DNA from: Candidatus Omnitrophota bacterium
GTDB taxonomy: Bacteria; Omnitrophota; Omnitrophia; Omnitrophales; Aquincolibacteriaceae
DNA length: 64,000 nucleotides
Reading direction: 5' to 3'
Assembly: GCA_003140935.1 (NCBI GenBank)
Contig: PLLJ01000039.1
Location: 76,007 to 140,006, forward strand
Both the position numbers and the translations under genes were made by a program. The notes beneath the pieces were generated by a model. It was given only the letters and a program-made list of their open reading frames with translations, was not told the origin of the DNA and searched no databases. Of the stretch, positions 1 to 9,254 are shown in pieces (the first letter of the stretch is position 1; each line of letters starts with the position of its first letter).

Positions 1-498
1 CGAAGCATAAGGAAAGGCTTCGTACGATGATCGCACTTAGTTAGAAGGGGCACCCCTTGAAAAAGGCGGTGCCCTTTTTTTATTCATGCCTTCGCACCGA
101 ACGACCCGCCCTCCTAAAAAAACAGGCTGCCCCCACGTTCCCGCAAGAGGGGAAAAAGTCAAAATAAAGGGCAAAGACGCCCTGGGCGGGCGCGTCTCCG
201 GCGATTACACTTCGCTTAGTTTCGGTAATTTAAAACAAAATTATAGAGGGGGACGGGGTCGTGAAAAGGCAGAGATCAGAAGAAAAAGAAACAAGCGTTT
301 ATCAATGCTGCATTTGTGAAGAAGCATCGAATGATTTCCAAGTATGCTGCGGGCATCCGATGATGGCTATTGAAAGTGAACAAGCGATGGTTTTGGATCT
401 GAAAAAGCAAAGCCGGAGGGAATGAAACGTCCGGTTTTTTGAAAAGAGGTCCGAAAGCCGCTTAGGATGAGGAGCTCTGACCTCAGCGCGATACGTGA

Positions 499-1671
499 CT
501 AACTGTGTGGCCGCCGCCAATTGTGGGGATTCTCCCGGAAAAGCGAAGAATCATGAGAACAGGCCTCGGCCTCTTCCTGGGTGATAAGGCCATTCATGAC
601 ACATTCCTTCAGGGCGTCCTTCATCAGGATCATTCCCTGGGCGCGGCTTGTCGATATGACATTGTAGATCTGCACGGCCTGGTTATCACGGATCAGATTG
701 CGGACCGGGGTCGTCACCAGCATGGTCTCGAAGACCGCGATGCGCCCGGAGCCGTCTTTTTTCCTCACCAGCATCTGGGAAACGACCGCTTGAAGCGTCA
801 TGGCCAGCTGGGTTTTTACCTGGCTCTGTTGTATGGGGGGGAAGACATCGATGATGCGGTTGATGGCCTGCACGGCATCGTTGGTGTGAAGCGTCGCAAA
901 GACCAGGTTGCCCGTCTCGGCCGCCGTCAACGCCATGGCGATCGTCTCCAGATCGCGGATCTCTTCGACGACGATCACATTCGGATCTTCCCGGAGCACC
1001 ACGCGTAAGGCGTTCGCGAAAGAACTCGCATCGATCCCGATTTCGCGCTGGCTGAGCATGCTTTGTTTGCCCTTGTGGATGTATTCGATGGGGTCCGAGA
1101 GCGTGACGATGTGCGCGTTCTTGGTCTTATTGATATGGTCCACGAGCGCCGCCAGGGTCGTGCTTTTGCCGCTGCCCGTCGATCCCGCGATCAACACGAG
1201 GCCGTTGGGCAGAGAAGCCAGCGATTGTATAAAAGGGGGCAGCCCGAGCTGCTCCATCGTGGGCGGCGTGGTGGGATTGATACGAAAAGCGCCGCTCAAA
1301 GAATTCAACTGGAAGAAAAAGTTAACGCGGAACCGGTGCGTGAAATTCGGGAGCACGATGGAGCAATCCAGCTGGCGGTTTTCCAAAAGGTTCTTTTTCT
1401 GTTCTGCGGTGAGGAGCAGGTCGACGCAGCGGTTCATGAAAGCGTCCGTGACGGGTTTGACCTGCGTGAAAGGAGCCAGCTGACCGTCGATCCTGAAGAT
1501 CGGGGGGCGTCCCACCTGAAAATGAACGTCCGAGGCCCTCCGGCTTACGGCGCTCTTCAAGATGCCCATCACTTCGTCCCGGTCCTTGGAAGAGAAAGCC
1601 GTTTCCGGAGAAGAGGGTTTCTGAGGCTCTTCCGCTTGGTCTCCCAGAATGTAAACGAGGTCGTCCGCCAT
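499..1671 (-). CDS. pilT: Type IV pilus retraction ATPase PilT (twitching motility)
   Basis: Walker A GSTGSGKST and full-length PilT/PilU-like sequence. GGAGG SD 7 nt upstream of ATG at 1671. The track Met at 1725 lacks an SD. Confidence 0.85.
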   Translation of the reverse strand: MADDLVYILGDQAEEPQKPSSPETAFSSKDRDEVMGILKSAVSRRASDVHFQVGRPPIFRIDGQLAPFTQVKPVTDAFMNRCVDLLLTAEQKKNLLENRQLDCSIVLPNFTHRFRVNFFFQLNSLSGAFRINPTTPPTMEQLGLPPFIQSLASLPNGLVLIAGSTGSGKSTTLAALVDHINKTKNAHIVTLSDPIEYIHKGKQSMLSQREIGIDASSFANALRVVLREDPNVIVVEEIRDLETIAMALTAAETGNLVFATLHTNDAVQAINRIIDVFPPIQQSQVKTQLAMTLQAVVSQMLVRKKDGSGRIAVFETMLVTTPVRNLIRDNQAVQIYNVISTSRAQGMILMKDALKECVMNGLITQEEAEACSHDSSLFRENPHNWRRPHS

Positions 1672-1943
1672 AAAACCTCCCTTAGATTTCAAGGCTTTAC
1701 ACCGCATTAAAAAGCGAGCGCACAAAAAAGAATGCCTAGAGGAAAAACCGCGGGGAAGCTTTTTAAAACGGGCTTTCTACCGCATAGCATCAGGCTTTCA
1801 AACAATTTATCGGCCCAAAACGGGTTTGCTGAAGCGCGGCGGCTTTCGGAAAGGCGCGCCGGCTTTTGCTTCATTTCATGATGAGGCGGCAAGGCGCTTT
1901 TTGTGATGACCGCTCCTCAAAAACTCTTATAATAAGCCGACTT

Positions 1944-2450
1944 ATGGAAAAACCCCATCACGAACACTTCATGAAAGAAGCCGTCAAGCAGGCGGTGATC
2001 GCGCTTGAGAAGGGCGAAGTGCCGGTGGGGGCGGTGGTGGTCTGGAAGCGGAAGATCGTCGCGCGGGCGTATAATCAAATGGAAATGCTGCATGACCCGA
2101 CAGCGCATGCGGAAATGATCGCGCTGACGCAGGCCTCCGAGACCTTAAGCCAGATGCCGGAAGCGAAGCCGGCCGGAGGGCAAGACCATCGCGGGTCGCT
2201 TGAGGGGGCGACGCTTTACGTAACGCTGGAACCCTGTCCGATGTGCGCCGGAGCGCTCGTGATGACCAAGTGCACGAATCTGGTCTATGGCGCCCATGAC
2301 GCGAAAGCCGGAGCGTGTCACAGCCTTTTCAGGATCACGGAGGACGACCGATTGAACCATCGCGTGAAGGTCACCGGCGGCGTGATGGCCGACGACTCAA
2401 AGTTCTTGCTCGCGGAATTTTTTAAGAATTTGAGAAAGGACAAAAGATAA
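1944..2450 (+). CDS. tadA: tRNA-specific adenosine deaminase
   Basis: CDA zinc motifs HAEMIAL and PCPMCAGAL, about 165 aa. Start ATG 1944 chosen within track ORF 1866..2450. Confidence 0.8.
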   Translation: MEKPHHEHFMKEAVKQAVIALEKGEVPVGAVVVWKRKIVARAYNQMEMLHDPTAHAEMIALTQASETLSQMPEAKPAGGQDHRGSLEGATLYVTLEPCPMCAGALVMTKCTNLVYGAHDAKAGACHSLFRITEDDRLNHRVKVTGGVMADDSKFLLAEFFKNLRKDKR

Positions 2451-2526
2451 AAGGGACTCGGTCCTCGGGACACGTGATAAAAAATAATGAGTCCCTAGTC
2501 CCGAGCGACAAGTCCCTGTAATTCAT

Positions 2527-2613
2527 GGAGAGGTGGCAGAGTGGTTGAATGCGGCAGTCTTGAAAACTGCTAAGTCCGCAAGGGCTTCGGGGGTTCGAAT
2601 CCCTCCCTCTCCG
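2527..2613 (+). tRNA. tRNA-Ser (anticodon TGA), type II with long variable arm
   Basis: Acceptor stem GGAGAGG/CCTCTCC, anticodon stem GCAGT/ACTGC with loop CTTGAAA, long variable arm, T-loop GGTTCGAATCC. Confidence 0.8.
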
Positions 2614-2743
2614 TTGCTTCTGTAAGCAACGACGGCGTCGTGTTGGCTCAAAGATAGCCCACTACGACGACCGCCGTAAACTTTTTGGGAGGATTCGAAG
2701 AGAGCACTGCTTGTAAATATGACGGACGTCATATTTACAGCGC

Positions 2744-2812
2744 GGGTGGCCTACCGAGTCGCAGGCGAGGAGCCGAATCCCTCCCTCTCCGTTTTACTTC
2801 TGTAAAACAACG
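2744..2812 (+). repeat. Degenerate partial copy of tRNA-Ser 3' half plus terminator-like hairpin
   Basis: cgaatccctccctctccgtt at 2774-2793 is identical to tRNA 3' end 2596-2615, and ggtggc matches the tRNA 5' region. Both copies are followed by similar hairpins (cttctgtaa cores). Confidence 0.5.
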
Positions 2813-2896
2813 TTGCCGTCGAGGTTCACCCCACAGGGGCGATGAAAAGCATCGAGGAATACCGCGTACGTTATGTTCCCATGAGCAACGATGGCC

Positions 2897-3268
2897 TCAT
2901 GCGGGCGGGCCGATGATGTCTCTAACAAACTGATCCAGCAGGGTTTCCAGGTGGATCGGTTTGGTCAGATATTCCGAAATTCCAAGCGCGCCCATTTTTT
3001 TGACGGTCTCCGGATCCCTGTGGCCGGTGAGGACAACCACGGGCAGGGCGGAAAATTGTTCGCGGATGAGGCTCAGCGCCTCGACCCCATCCATGCCGGG
3101 CATGCCGATATCCAGAAGGACCAGCGACGGAAGATCTCTTTTGATCATGGCAAGGCCGTCGGGACCGTTCAAGGCGTAGGAGGCGGCATACCCCGCGTCA
3201 AAGAGAAACTCGGTCACCATCTTGCAGATCTCAGGCTCATCGTCGATGATCAGGATCTTCTTGGGCAT
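2897..3268 (-). CDS. Single-domain response regulator (CheY-like receiver)
   Basis: Receiver motifs ILIIDDE, LLDIGMPGMDG, and K in LTKP. Confidence 0.7.
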   Translation of the reverse strand: MPKKILIIDDEPEICKMVTEFLFDAGYAASYALNGPDGLAMIKRDLPSLVLLDIGMPGMDGVEALSLIREQFSALPVVVLTGHRDPETVKKMGALGISEYLTKPIHLETLLDQFVRDIIGPPA

Positions 3269-3539
3269 CTCGTCCTCCCGTCCTATAAGACTTCATTATA
3301 AAGCGAAGCCGCTTTCCTCAGAAACAATAATTTCATGATGTTTTGTACCAAAGAGAGCTGACAGCATCGGGCTTTCCGTTTTTCGTGACTCTCCCGCCCC
3401 TATCCAATATTCAAAAATTTTTTTGTATCGCCAATCCATAAGAGGGTTGATAAGATACCCCCGGCTCAGACACCACGGGGCCCACCATAAGCACAGTGTT
3501 ATAAAAAACGCGGAACAAGAAACGAATAAAAAGCATTTC

Positions 3540-4619
3540 ATGAAAACCCTCTACGGCTCCATCCCGGACGAAATAGAATCCTTGGTCGCAGGCCAAGGTC
3601 TTCCCAAATACCGTGCGGTCCAGCTTCTAGATTGGATCTATAAAAAAAACGTTCTTGCTTGGGACGAGATCAGGAACTTGCCGAAGGAGATGATCCAAAA
3701 GCTTTCCGGAGAGATCCGTCTCACCGCGCTTGAACCGGGCGAGGAAAAGAAGGCTGTGGCCGGAGGACCGACAAAATTCCTTTTTAAAACCGCGGATGGG
3801 CATTTTCTTGAAAGCGTTTTGATCTCACGACAGGATTCCTCGGATGACGAGAGCGAAGAGGCCGTTGTTCGGGGAGGGCGCGAGACCGTGTGTGTTTCGA
3901 CGCAGCTGGGATGTAAGATCCAATGCGCGTTCTGCGCGAGCGGACAGGGGAAATTCACGCGCAACCTCACAGCCGGTGAGATCGTCGAGCAAGTCGCAAG
4001 GATCGGTCGCGTGACGGGAAAGAAGATCACCAATGTCGTCTTCATGGGAATGGGAGAGCCGCTCGATAACTTTGACGCCACACTCAGGGCCGTTCACATC
4101 TTGATCGAACCGTGGGGCTTTGCCTTCGGGGCGCGAAGGGTCACGGTCTCGACCTCCGGGATCACTCCGAAGATCCTGGAATTCGTCAAGGCCGTGGACG
4201 GACGCGTCCGGCTTTCCGTATCGCTCCATTCCTCGATCGATGAGGTCCGCAGCTCTCTTGTCCCGATCAACCGCCGCTACCCGCTCAAGGACCTTGTGAG
4301 CGCTTTAAGGAAGATCAATCAGGATTTGAAGCGTGACATCACATTCGAATACACGCTCATCGCGGACCTCAACGACTCGGAGGAAGAAGTCGAAGGGATC
4401 TCCATCATCGCAAAACCGCTCCGGGCCAAGATCAATGTCATTCCTTATAACCCGATCGCGGAATTCCCGCACAAGGCGCCCACCCCCGAAGCCGCGGAGC
4501 GTTTCTGCGAACAGCTCAAGCGGCGCGGCCTTCACGTGACGCTCCGCCAGACCGTGGGCCGCGACATTGATGCTGCGTGCGGGCAGCTGCGGTTGGACCG
4601 CGCACGGCGTACGGCGTAA
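3540..4619 (+). CDS. rlmN: 23S rRNA/tRNA A2503 methyltransferase RlmN (radical SAM)
   Basis: CxxxCxxC-type radical SAM motif CAFCASGQ plus RlmN-like N-terminal domain. ATG 3540 within the longer track ORF. Confidence 0.8.
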   Translation: MKTLYGSIPDEIESLVAGQGLPKYRAVQLLDWIYKKNVLAWDEIRNLPKEMIQKLSGEIRLTALEPGEEKKAVAGGPTKFLFKTADGHFLESVLISRQDSSDDESEEAVVRGGRETVCVSTQLGCKIQCAFCASGQGKFTRNLTAGEIVEQVARIGRVTGKKITNVVFMGMGEPLDNFDATLRAVHILIEPWGFAFGARRVTVSTSGITPKILEFVKAVDGRVRLSVSLHSSIDEVRSSLVPINRRYPLKDLVSALRKINQDLKRDITFEYTLIADLNDSEEEVEGISIIAKPLRAKINVIPYNPIAEFPHKAPTPEAAERFCEQLKRRGLHVTLRQTVGRDIDAACGQLRLDRARRTA

Positions 4620-4630
4620 GGAGTAATCGC

Positions 4631-5083
4631 TTAATATTGCAAGGGACTCGGGACTCGTTCCTCGGGGCCCGTTTTCTTAAAAGAGCTTTTTCGATCCGCA
4701 ATAGCAGACCGAATTTTTTCCAGAAGCTTTCTGATCATTCTGGATTCATGATCGAGTTTTTCCAGGATCTTTTTAGCACCATCCTGGGTTATCAGCTGTA
4801 ACGGCGTAGCTATCTCGAGTTGCGTTTCGAGTTCGCCACAAGACCCTAGAGCAATGAATAAAAATCTCTTGTAGTCGCTCGAGTATTTTCTATTGAATCC
4901 TTCTGCGATATTGCAAGGAATCGAAACGGCAGCGCGACGCATCTGATCTGCCAGGCCAAACCTCTCTTCCTGAGGGAATGATTTGGTAAGACGGTAAATG
5001 TCCACAACCAAATCTTTCCCCATTTTCCATATAAGCAAATCCCTGAAACTTGAAATAGTCTTTACCTTGCCCTCTTCCGCCAT
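4631..5083 (-). CDS. Four-helix-bundle protein (23S rRNA IVS protein family, TIGR02436-like)
   Basis: Family-typical motifs (FPQEERFGLADQMRRAAVSIPCNIAEG, GSCGELETQL). The C-terminal tail reads through a GGGACTCG repeat, so the true stop is uncertain. Confidence 0.5.
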   Translation of the reverse strand: MAEEGKVKTISSFRDLLIWKMGKDLVVDIYRLTKSFPQEERFGLADQMRRAAVSIPCNIAEGFNRKYSSDYKRFLFIALGSCGELETQLEIATPLQLITQDGAKKILEKLDHESRMIRKLLEKIRSAIADRKSSFKKTGPEERVPSPLQY

Positions 5084-5096
5084 AACCCCCTCCTTT

Positions 5097-6803
5097 TTAT
5101 GTTGCTCGCGTTTGATTTAATTTCGAGTCCCGAGGGGCGAGTCCCGAGTCCCGGGCGTCATCCTTTTTGAAGTAAACCCACAAACGATCCAATTCCGGCT
5201 TCTGTTCGTAGATCCGCTCCAGGCGTTTCGAAAAAAACCCGTCCGTCATTCCGTCAAGGAGCGCGGTGAGCTCGTCTATGCGCAGAAGATTTTCGAGGTG
5301 CTCCTGCTCCGAAACGGACGGCGTGAAAATAAGGCCGATCTGAAGGCGCCGCCGCTCGTAGTAAATACGCGTGACCTCAGACAAGAGATCGTTCCGCAAT
5401 TCCACCATCAGTTTCTCTCGCGAATCGATCGAGGTTTGGTCCGAACTGTAGATCATGTCCCCAAGGTCCCAGCCCACGTTCGCATCCCAGCCCTTGCTTA
5501 CATCCTCAGGACCTGTGATGAATTTGCCGCTGTAGGTGCTGACGGAGCTGTTACGATCCAGATTTTTACCGAATGAAAAAGTCGGCAAAAATCCTGCAAC
5601 CCGGGACTCCGCATGCCAGCGTTTGATCTTTCCGTTCGCAACATCGGCGTATTGAATGACGCGTTTATGGATTTCACGGGCCGAAGGCTCTAGCTTTAGA
5701 AGTTCTTTAAAGAGCGCAAGAGTTTCCTCCGGCGGCTGATAGATCGCAAGGGCCGGTCCGGCTTCCGGCGTGAACGGTCCAAGAGGGTATTGAACGAAAC
5801 CTTCCCCCGTGATGGCGAGAAGCTTCTCTTCGTTCAGGACCGAGATGCTTTGCACGCGGTCCCGGGCCAGCCCTTCAAAAAGGCCGGTCCATTTTCGAGC
5901 ATGTTCATCGTAAGCATAGACACCCCGAGGGGTCGCGGCATAAAGAAGGCCCTTTTTTTCTGAATAGGCCAGCTGAAAGACAACGGCGCTTTGCAAGCCG
6001 CTTTGGGAGAGCGGTTCCCAGCGGTGTCCGCTATCGAGGCTTTGGAAGACGCCATTTGCGGTCGCGAGGAACAATGTTTGAGGGTTACGTTTCGAGGCGA
6101 GCAGATCGTGGATCTTGAAAATATAAGAAGAAACATCGACGGACTCGTTGTCGTCTGTTGTCTCCAAGGATTCATCCGAGGTTTTGGGAAGGGCAAAAAT
6201 CTGTTGCGCGGTTTCTCCGTCCAGCGAAAGAAAAAGCGTATTCTCAGTCGCGATAAAGAGGCGTTTTCCTTCAAAAAGAACCAGCGGGACGGGGCTTGGA
6301 CCATGAAGGGCGCGGGAAGCCGACCAGGTTTTTCCGGCATCCGTTGTTTCCCGAAGGCCTTTTTGAGTTCCCAGGAACCAGCGATTGGGGTCTTGGGGAT
6401 GAACCGCGAAGGAAAGCGGCTTTTTCCCTGAGTCTTTGTAGACCACGCGCCAAGAGCGGTCTTTTAAATTTCCCATGAAAACATTCCGGTCCGTGATCGC
6501 AAAAATAATATCCGGCAGAACACCGAAAGAAAATAGCCGCTTGATCGGCGCGCTTGCGTCGGAGTGGGACCAGAGCGGTTGCCACGCGTTCTCTTTTCCA
6601 GCCTCAAAAACCTGTTGCCCGGAAGCGATCAAGAATTTGGAGGCATCAAGCGGATGGGGAACGAGGCAGGTAAGGGCGCCGCCTGACATGGACGGCTGGA
6701 TGGGTTTTTGCCACTCCGCAGGCGCGGGAATCTGGAACCCCAGAATGCAAAGGAGCGATAGCACGACGCTCCAAATCACCAACTTTTTATTTGCTAGAGA
6801 CAT
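5097..6803 (-). CDS. Secreted BNR/Asp-box repeat protein with uncharacterised C-terminal domain
   Basis: Signal peptide after Met at 6803 (SD GGAGG). Asp-box-like TDAGKTW and LDSGHRW. Function unknown. Confidence 0.5.
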   Translation of the reverse strand: MSLANKKLVIWSVVLSLLCILGFQIPAPAEWQKPIQPSMSGGALTCLVPHPLDASKFLIASGQQVFEAGKENAWQPLWSHSDASAPIKRLFSFGVLPDIIFAITDRNVFMGNLKDRSWRVVYKDSGKKPLSFAVHPQDPNRWFLGTQKGLRETTDAGKTWSASRALHGPSPVPLVLFEGKRLFIATENTLFLSLDGETAQQIFALPKTSDESLETTDDNESVDVSSYIFKIHDLLASKRNPQTLFLATANGVFQSLDSGHRWEPLSQSGLQSAVVFQLAYSEKKGLLYAATPRGVYAYDEHARKWTGLFEGLARDRVQSISVLNEEKLLAITGEGFVQYPLGPFTPEAGPALAIYQPPEETLALFKELLKLEPSAREIHKRVIQYADVANGKIKRWHAESRVAGFLPTFSFGKNLDRNSSVSTYSGKFITGPEDVSKGWDANVGWDLGDMIYSSDQTSIDSREKLMVELRNDLLSEVTRIYYERRRLQIGLIFTPSVSEQEHLENLLRIDELTALLDGMTDGFFSKRLERIYEQKPELDRLWVYFKKDDARDSGLAPRDSKLNQTRAT

Positions 6804-7140
6804 AGGGAAACCTCCATTATTCATAATTATCATATAATATATTCATATTATTCAAATAAGTCAATACCTTGTTTCATTTTTTACATCACCCCTCAGAAAA
6901 CCTCACTGTAGAGGAGCGGGATGCCGTTCATCCCCTCAGGAAAAACTTTTATCAATAGCATAAGTGCCACATAAGAGCTTAAGATAACCATTTTAAAAGC
7001 TCAGAGGTGGCAACTTAAGCCTTTGACAATAACTATTTTCGAACGCGTCTTCTCGTATAAGGTTTGCCTCTAAAGCAACAGATTGCGGCCGATGGTATCT
7101 AGTCAGGTTCACATTGTGCGGGCTGGGCTTTTTTGATATA

Positions 7141-7222
7141 GTCCCCATACTGTCCAATTTCAGAGAAGCGGAAATTGGGGCAATCCAAACTACCATTTAT
7201 ATAAAAAAAATAGAAGTTTGGA
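7141..7222 (+). repeat. Structured intergenic repeat family A, copy 1 (two-hairpin element)
   Basis: gtcccNatacNgtccaatttc...gaaattggggcaatcc plus second stem tccaaact/agtttgga. Homologous to 19588-19672 and 54052-54133. Confidence 0.6.
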
Positions 7223-7314
7223 CCGTGCCGCACGCTATCCCGACTTTAAGTCTCTTTAAATCGAGCTCGTCGGGACCGCCCCGCTTTCACTAAAAACGGA
7301 AAGGCATTGGAATT

Positions 7315-8409
7315 ATGGGTTTCAAATGCGGGATCGTCGGTCTGCCGAACGTAGGCAAATCCACCATTTTCAACGCGATCGCCAAGGCACACGCCGCGGC
7401 GTCGAATTATCCTTTCTGTACGATCGAGCCGAATGTGGGCATGGTGCCGGTGCCCGACTCGCGTCTGTGGGAACTGAGCAAACTTTATAATCCTAAAAAG
7501 ACCACGCCCACCACCGTGGAGTTTTATGACATCGCGGGACTTGTCGCCGGCGCTTCCAAAGGAGAAGGTCTTGGCAATCAATTTCTCGGGCACATCAAGG
7601 AAGTTGAGGCCATTCTTCACGTGGTCCGCTGCTTTGAGGATCCCAACATCGTTCACGTTTCAGGCGCGATCGATCCTGCGCGCGATATCGACGTGATCGA
7701 TACGGAACTGTGCCTTAAAGATCTGGATACCATTAACGCGCGCTACGATAAGACCGAAAAGCTTGCCAAGAGCGGTGAAAAGGAATCCAAGGAAAGGATG
7801 CCGGTCTATGAAAAAGTGAAGAAGGCGCTCGAGGACGGTACGCCGCTTCGCAATATCGGTCTTACGGAAGAAGAAAAAAAGCTTGTGAAGGATATGGCGT
7901 TCCTGACGCTCAAGACCGTGCTTTATTGCGCGAATGTGGCGGAAAAGGACCTTCCCGGCGGCGGTCCTTTCGTCGATCTTTTGCGCAAGCGCGCGGCCAG
8001 GGAAGGCGCCGAGGTCGTCGTCATCTCAGGAAAGGTAGAGTCCGAACTGATCGATCTTTCGGAAGAGGACCAAAAGATCTTCTTAAAAGACCTGGGCCTT
8101 GAAGAGCCGGGACTTAACTCGCTTATCCGGACCGGTTATAAGGCGCTTCAGCTCATTACCTATTTCACGGCCGGAGAAAAGGAAGTCCGCGCCTGGACCG
8201 TTCGCAACGGCTCCAAAGCGCCGCAGGCCGCGGGCGTGATCCACTCGGATTTCGAGAGGGGATTCATCCGTGCCGAGGTCATGCGTTATGAGGATCTCAT
8301 CAAATACGGTTCCCAGCTGGCCGTTAAAGAAAAAGGACTTCTTCGCGTCGAGGGAAAGGAATACGAAACCCAGGACGGCGATGTGATGCTTTTTCGATTT
8401 AGCGTCTGA
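7315..8409 (+). CDS. ychF: Ribosome-binding ATPase YchF (Obg-family GTPase)
   Basis: G1 GLPNVGKST, TGS domain, full-length conservation. Confidence 0.9.
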   Translation: MGFKCGIVGLPNVGKSTIFNAIAKAHAAASNYPFCTIEPNVGMVPVPDSRLWELSKLYNPKKTTPTTVEFYDIAGLVAGASKGEGLGNQFLGHIKEVEAILHVVRCFEDPNIVHVSGAIDPARDIDVIDTELCLKDLDTINARYDKTEKLAKSGEKESKERMPVYEKVKKALEDGTPLRNIGLTEEEKKLVKDMAFLTLKTVLYCANVAEKDLPGGGPFVDLLRKRAAREGAEVVVISGKVESELIDLSEEDQKIFLKDLGLEEPGLNSLIRTGYKALQLITYFTAGEKEVRAWTVRNGSKAPQAAGVIHSDFERGFIRAEVMRYEDLIKYGSQLAVKEKGLLRVEGKEYETQDGDVMLFRFSV

Positions 8410-8418
8410 GGAAAAAAA

Positions 8419-8503
8419 CGGGACTAGTCTCTCGGGACTAGGGACTCGTTTTGCCCCAAGTCTTTGCCCGACCCAAAAAGGACGAGTCCCGAAGAACGAG
8501 TCC
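8419..8503. repeat. REP-like GGGACTCG/CGAGTCCC repeat cluster (family C)
   Basis: cgggactagtctctcgggactagggactcg...gacgagtcccgaagaacgagtccc forms a palindromic array of the core motif. Confidence 0.6.
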
Positions 8504-8561
8504 CGCGCCGGGGCTTTCGAATAAATTGCCCATCTCACATTGAATGAGTATAATCTGGCGT

Positions 8562-9251
8562 ATGAAAAATCCTTTCTATTCGATCTACCGTGATTTCAAG
8601 GCTTGTTTCGAACGTGACCCGGCTGCCCGGACGCCGTTCGGCGCGCTCGAAGTCCTGCTTCTCTATTCCGGGCTCCATGCCGTGCTTTTCTACAGGCTCG
8701 CGCATGTGCTCTACACGCTGCGTATCCCTTTTATTCCAAGATTGATATCCCAGGTTGCCCGGTTTCTGACCGGAGTCGAGATCCATCCCGGCGCAAAGAT
8801 CGCTCCGGGATTTTTTATCGATCATGGTATGGGGGTCGTGATCGGAGAGACCACTGAGATCGGTGAGAACGTGACGATCTATCAGGGCGTGACGCTCGGT
8901 GGGACGGGCAAGGAACGCGGCAAGCGGCATCCGACGCTCGGCCATAATGTGGTCGTGGGCGTAGGAGCCAAGGTACTCGGGAATATCAAGATCGGAGACC
9001 ATGTGAAGATCGGCGGCGGATCGGTCGTGATCCACTCTGTGCCGGACCATTGCACCGTGGTCGGAGTTCCGGCCGAGATCGTGCGCATTGAAGGTAAAAA
9101 AGTCGAGGAAGTCGATCTCGAGCACGGCGATCTTCCGGACCCTGTCAGAGAGCTCAAGAACCGCGTCCTTGAACTTCAGAAGGAAGTGGAGTATCTCGAA
9201 GCCTTTCATAAGGGACAAAACCTTAAAAGCAAAAAAGCGGATGAAGGGTAA
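8562..9251 (+). CDS. cysE: Serine O-acetyltransferase (short type) with coiled-coil tail
   Basis: Hexapeptide-repeat left-handed beta-helix region and CysE-like motifs. TATAAT-like hexamer 8549-8554 just upstream. Confidence 0.75.
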   Translation: MKNPFYSIYRDFKACFERDPAARTPFGALEVLLLYSGLHAVLFYRLAHVLYTLRIPFIPRLISQVARFLTGVEIHPGAKIAPGFFIDHGMGVVIGETTEIGENVTIYQGVTLGGTGKERGKRHPTLGHNVVVGVGAKVLGNIKIGDHVKIGGGSVVIHSVPDHCTVVGVPAEIVRIEGKKVEEVDLEHGDLPDPVRELKNRVLELQKEVEYLEAFHKGQNLKSKKADEG

Positions 9252-9254
9252 CGG

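Noticed and set aside
2685-2933. 82-aa ORF overlapping the tRNA remnant and palindrome
   Set aside because: Arg-rich, overlaps structured non-coding DNA and the response-regulator gene terminus, with no RBS.
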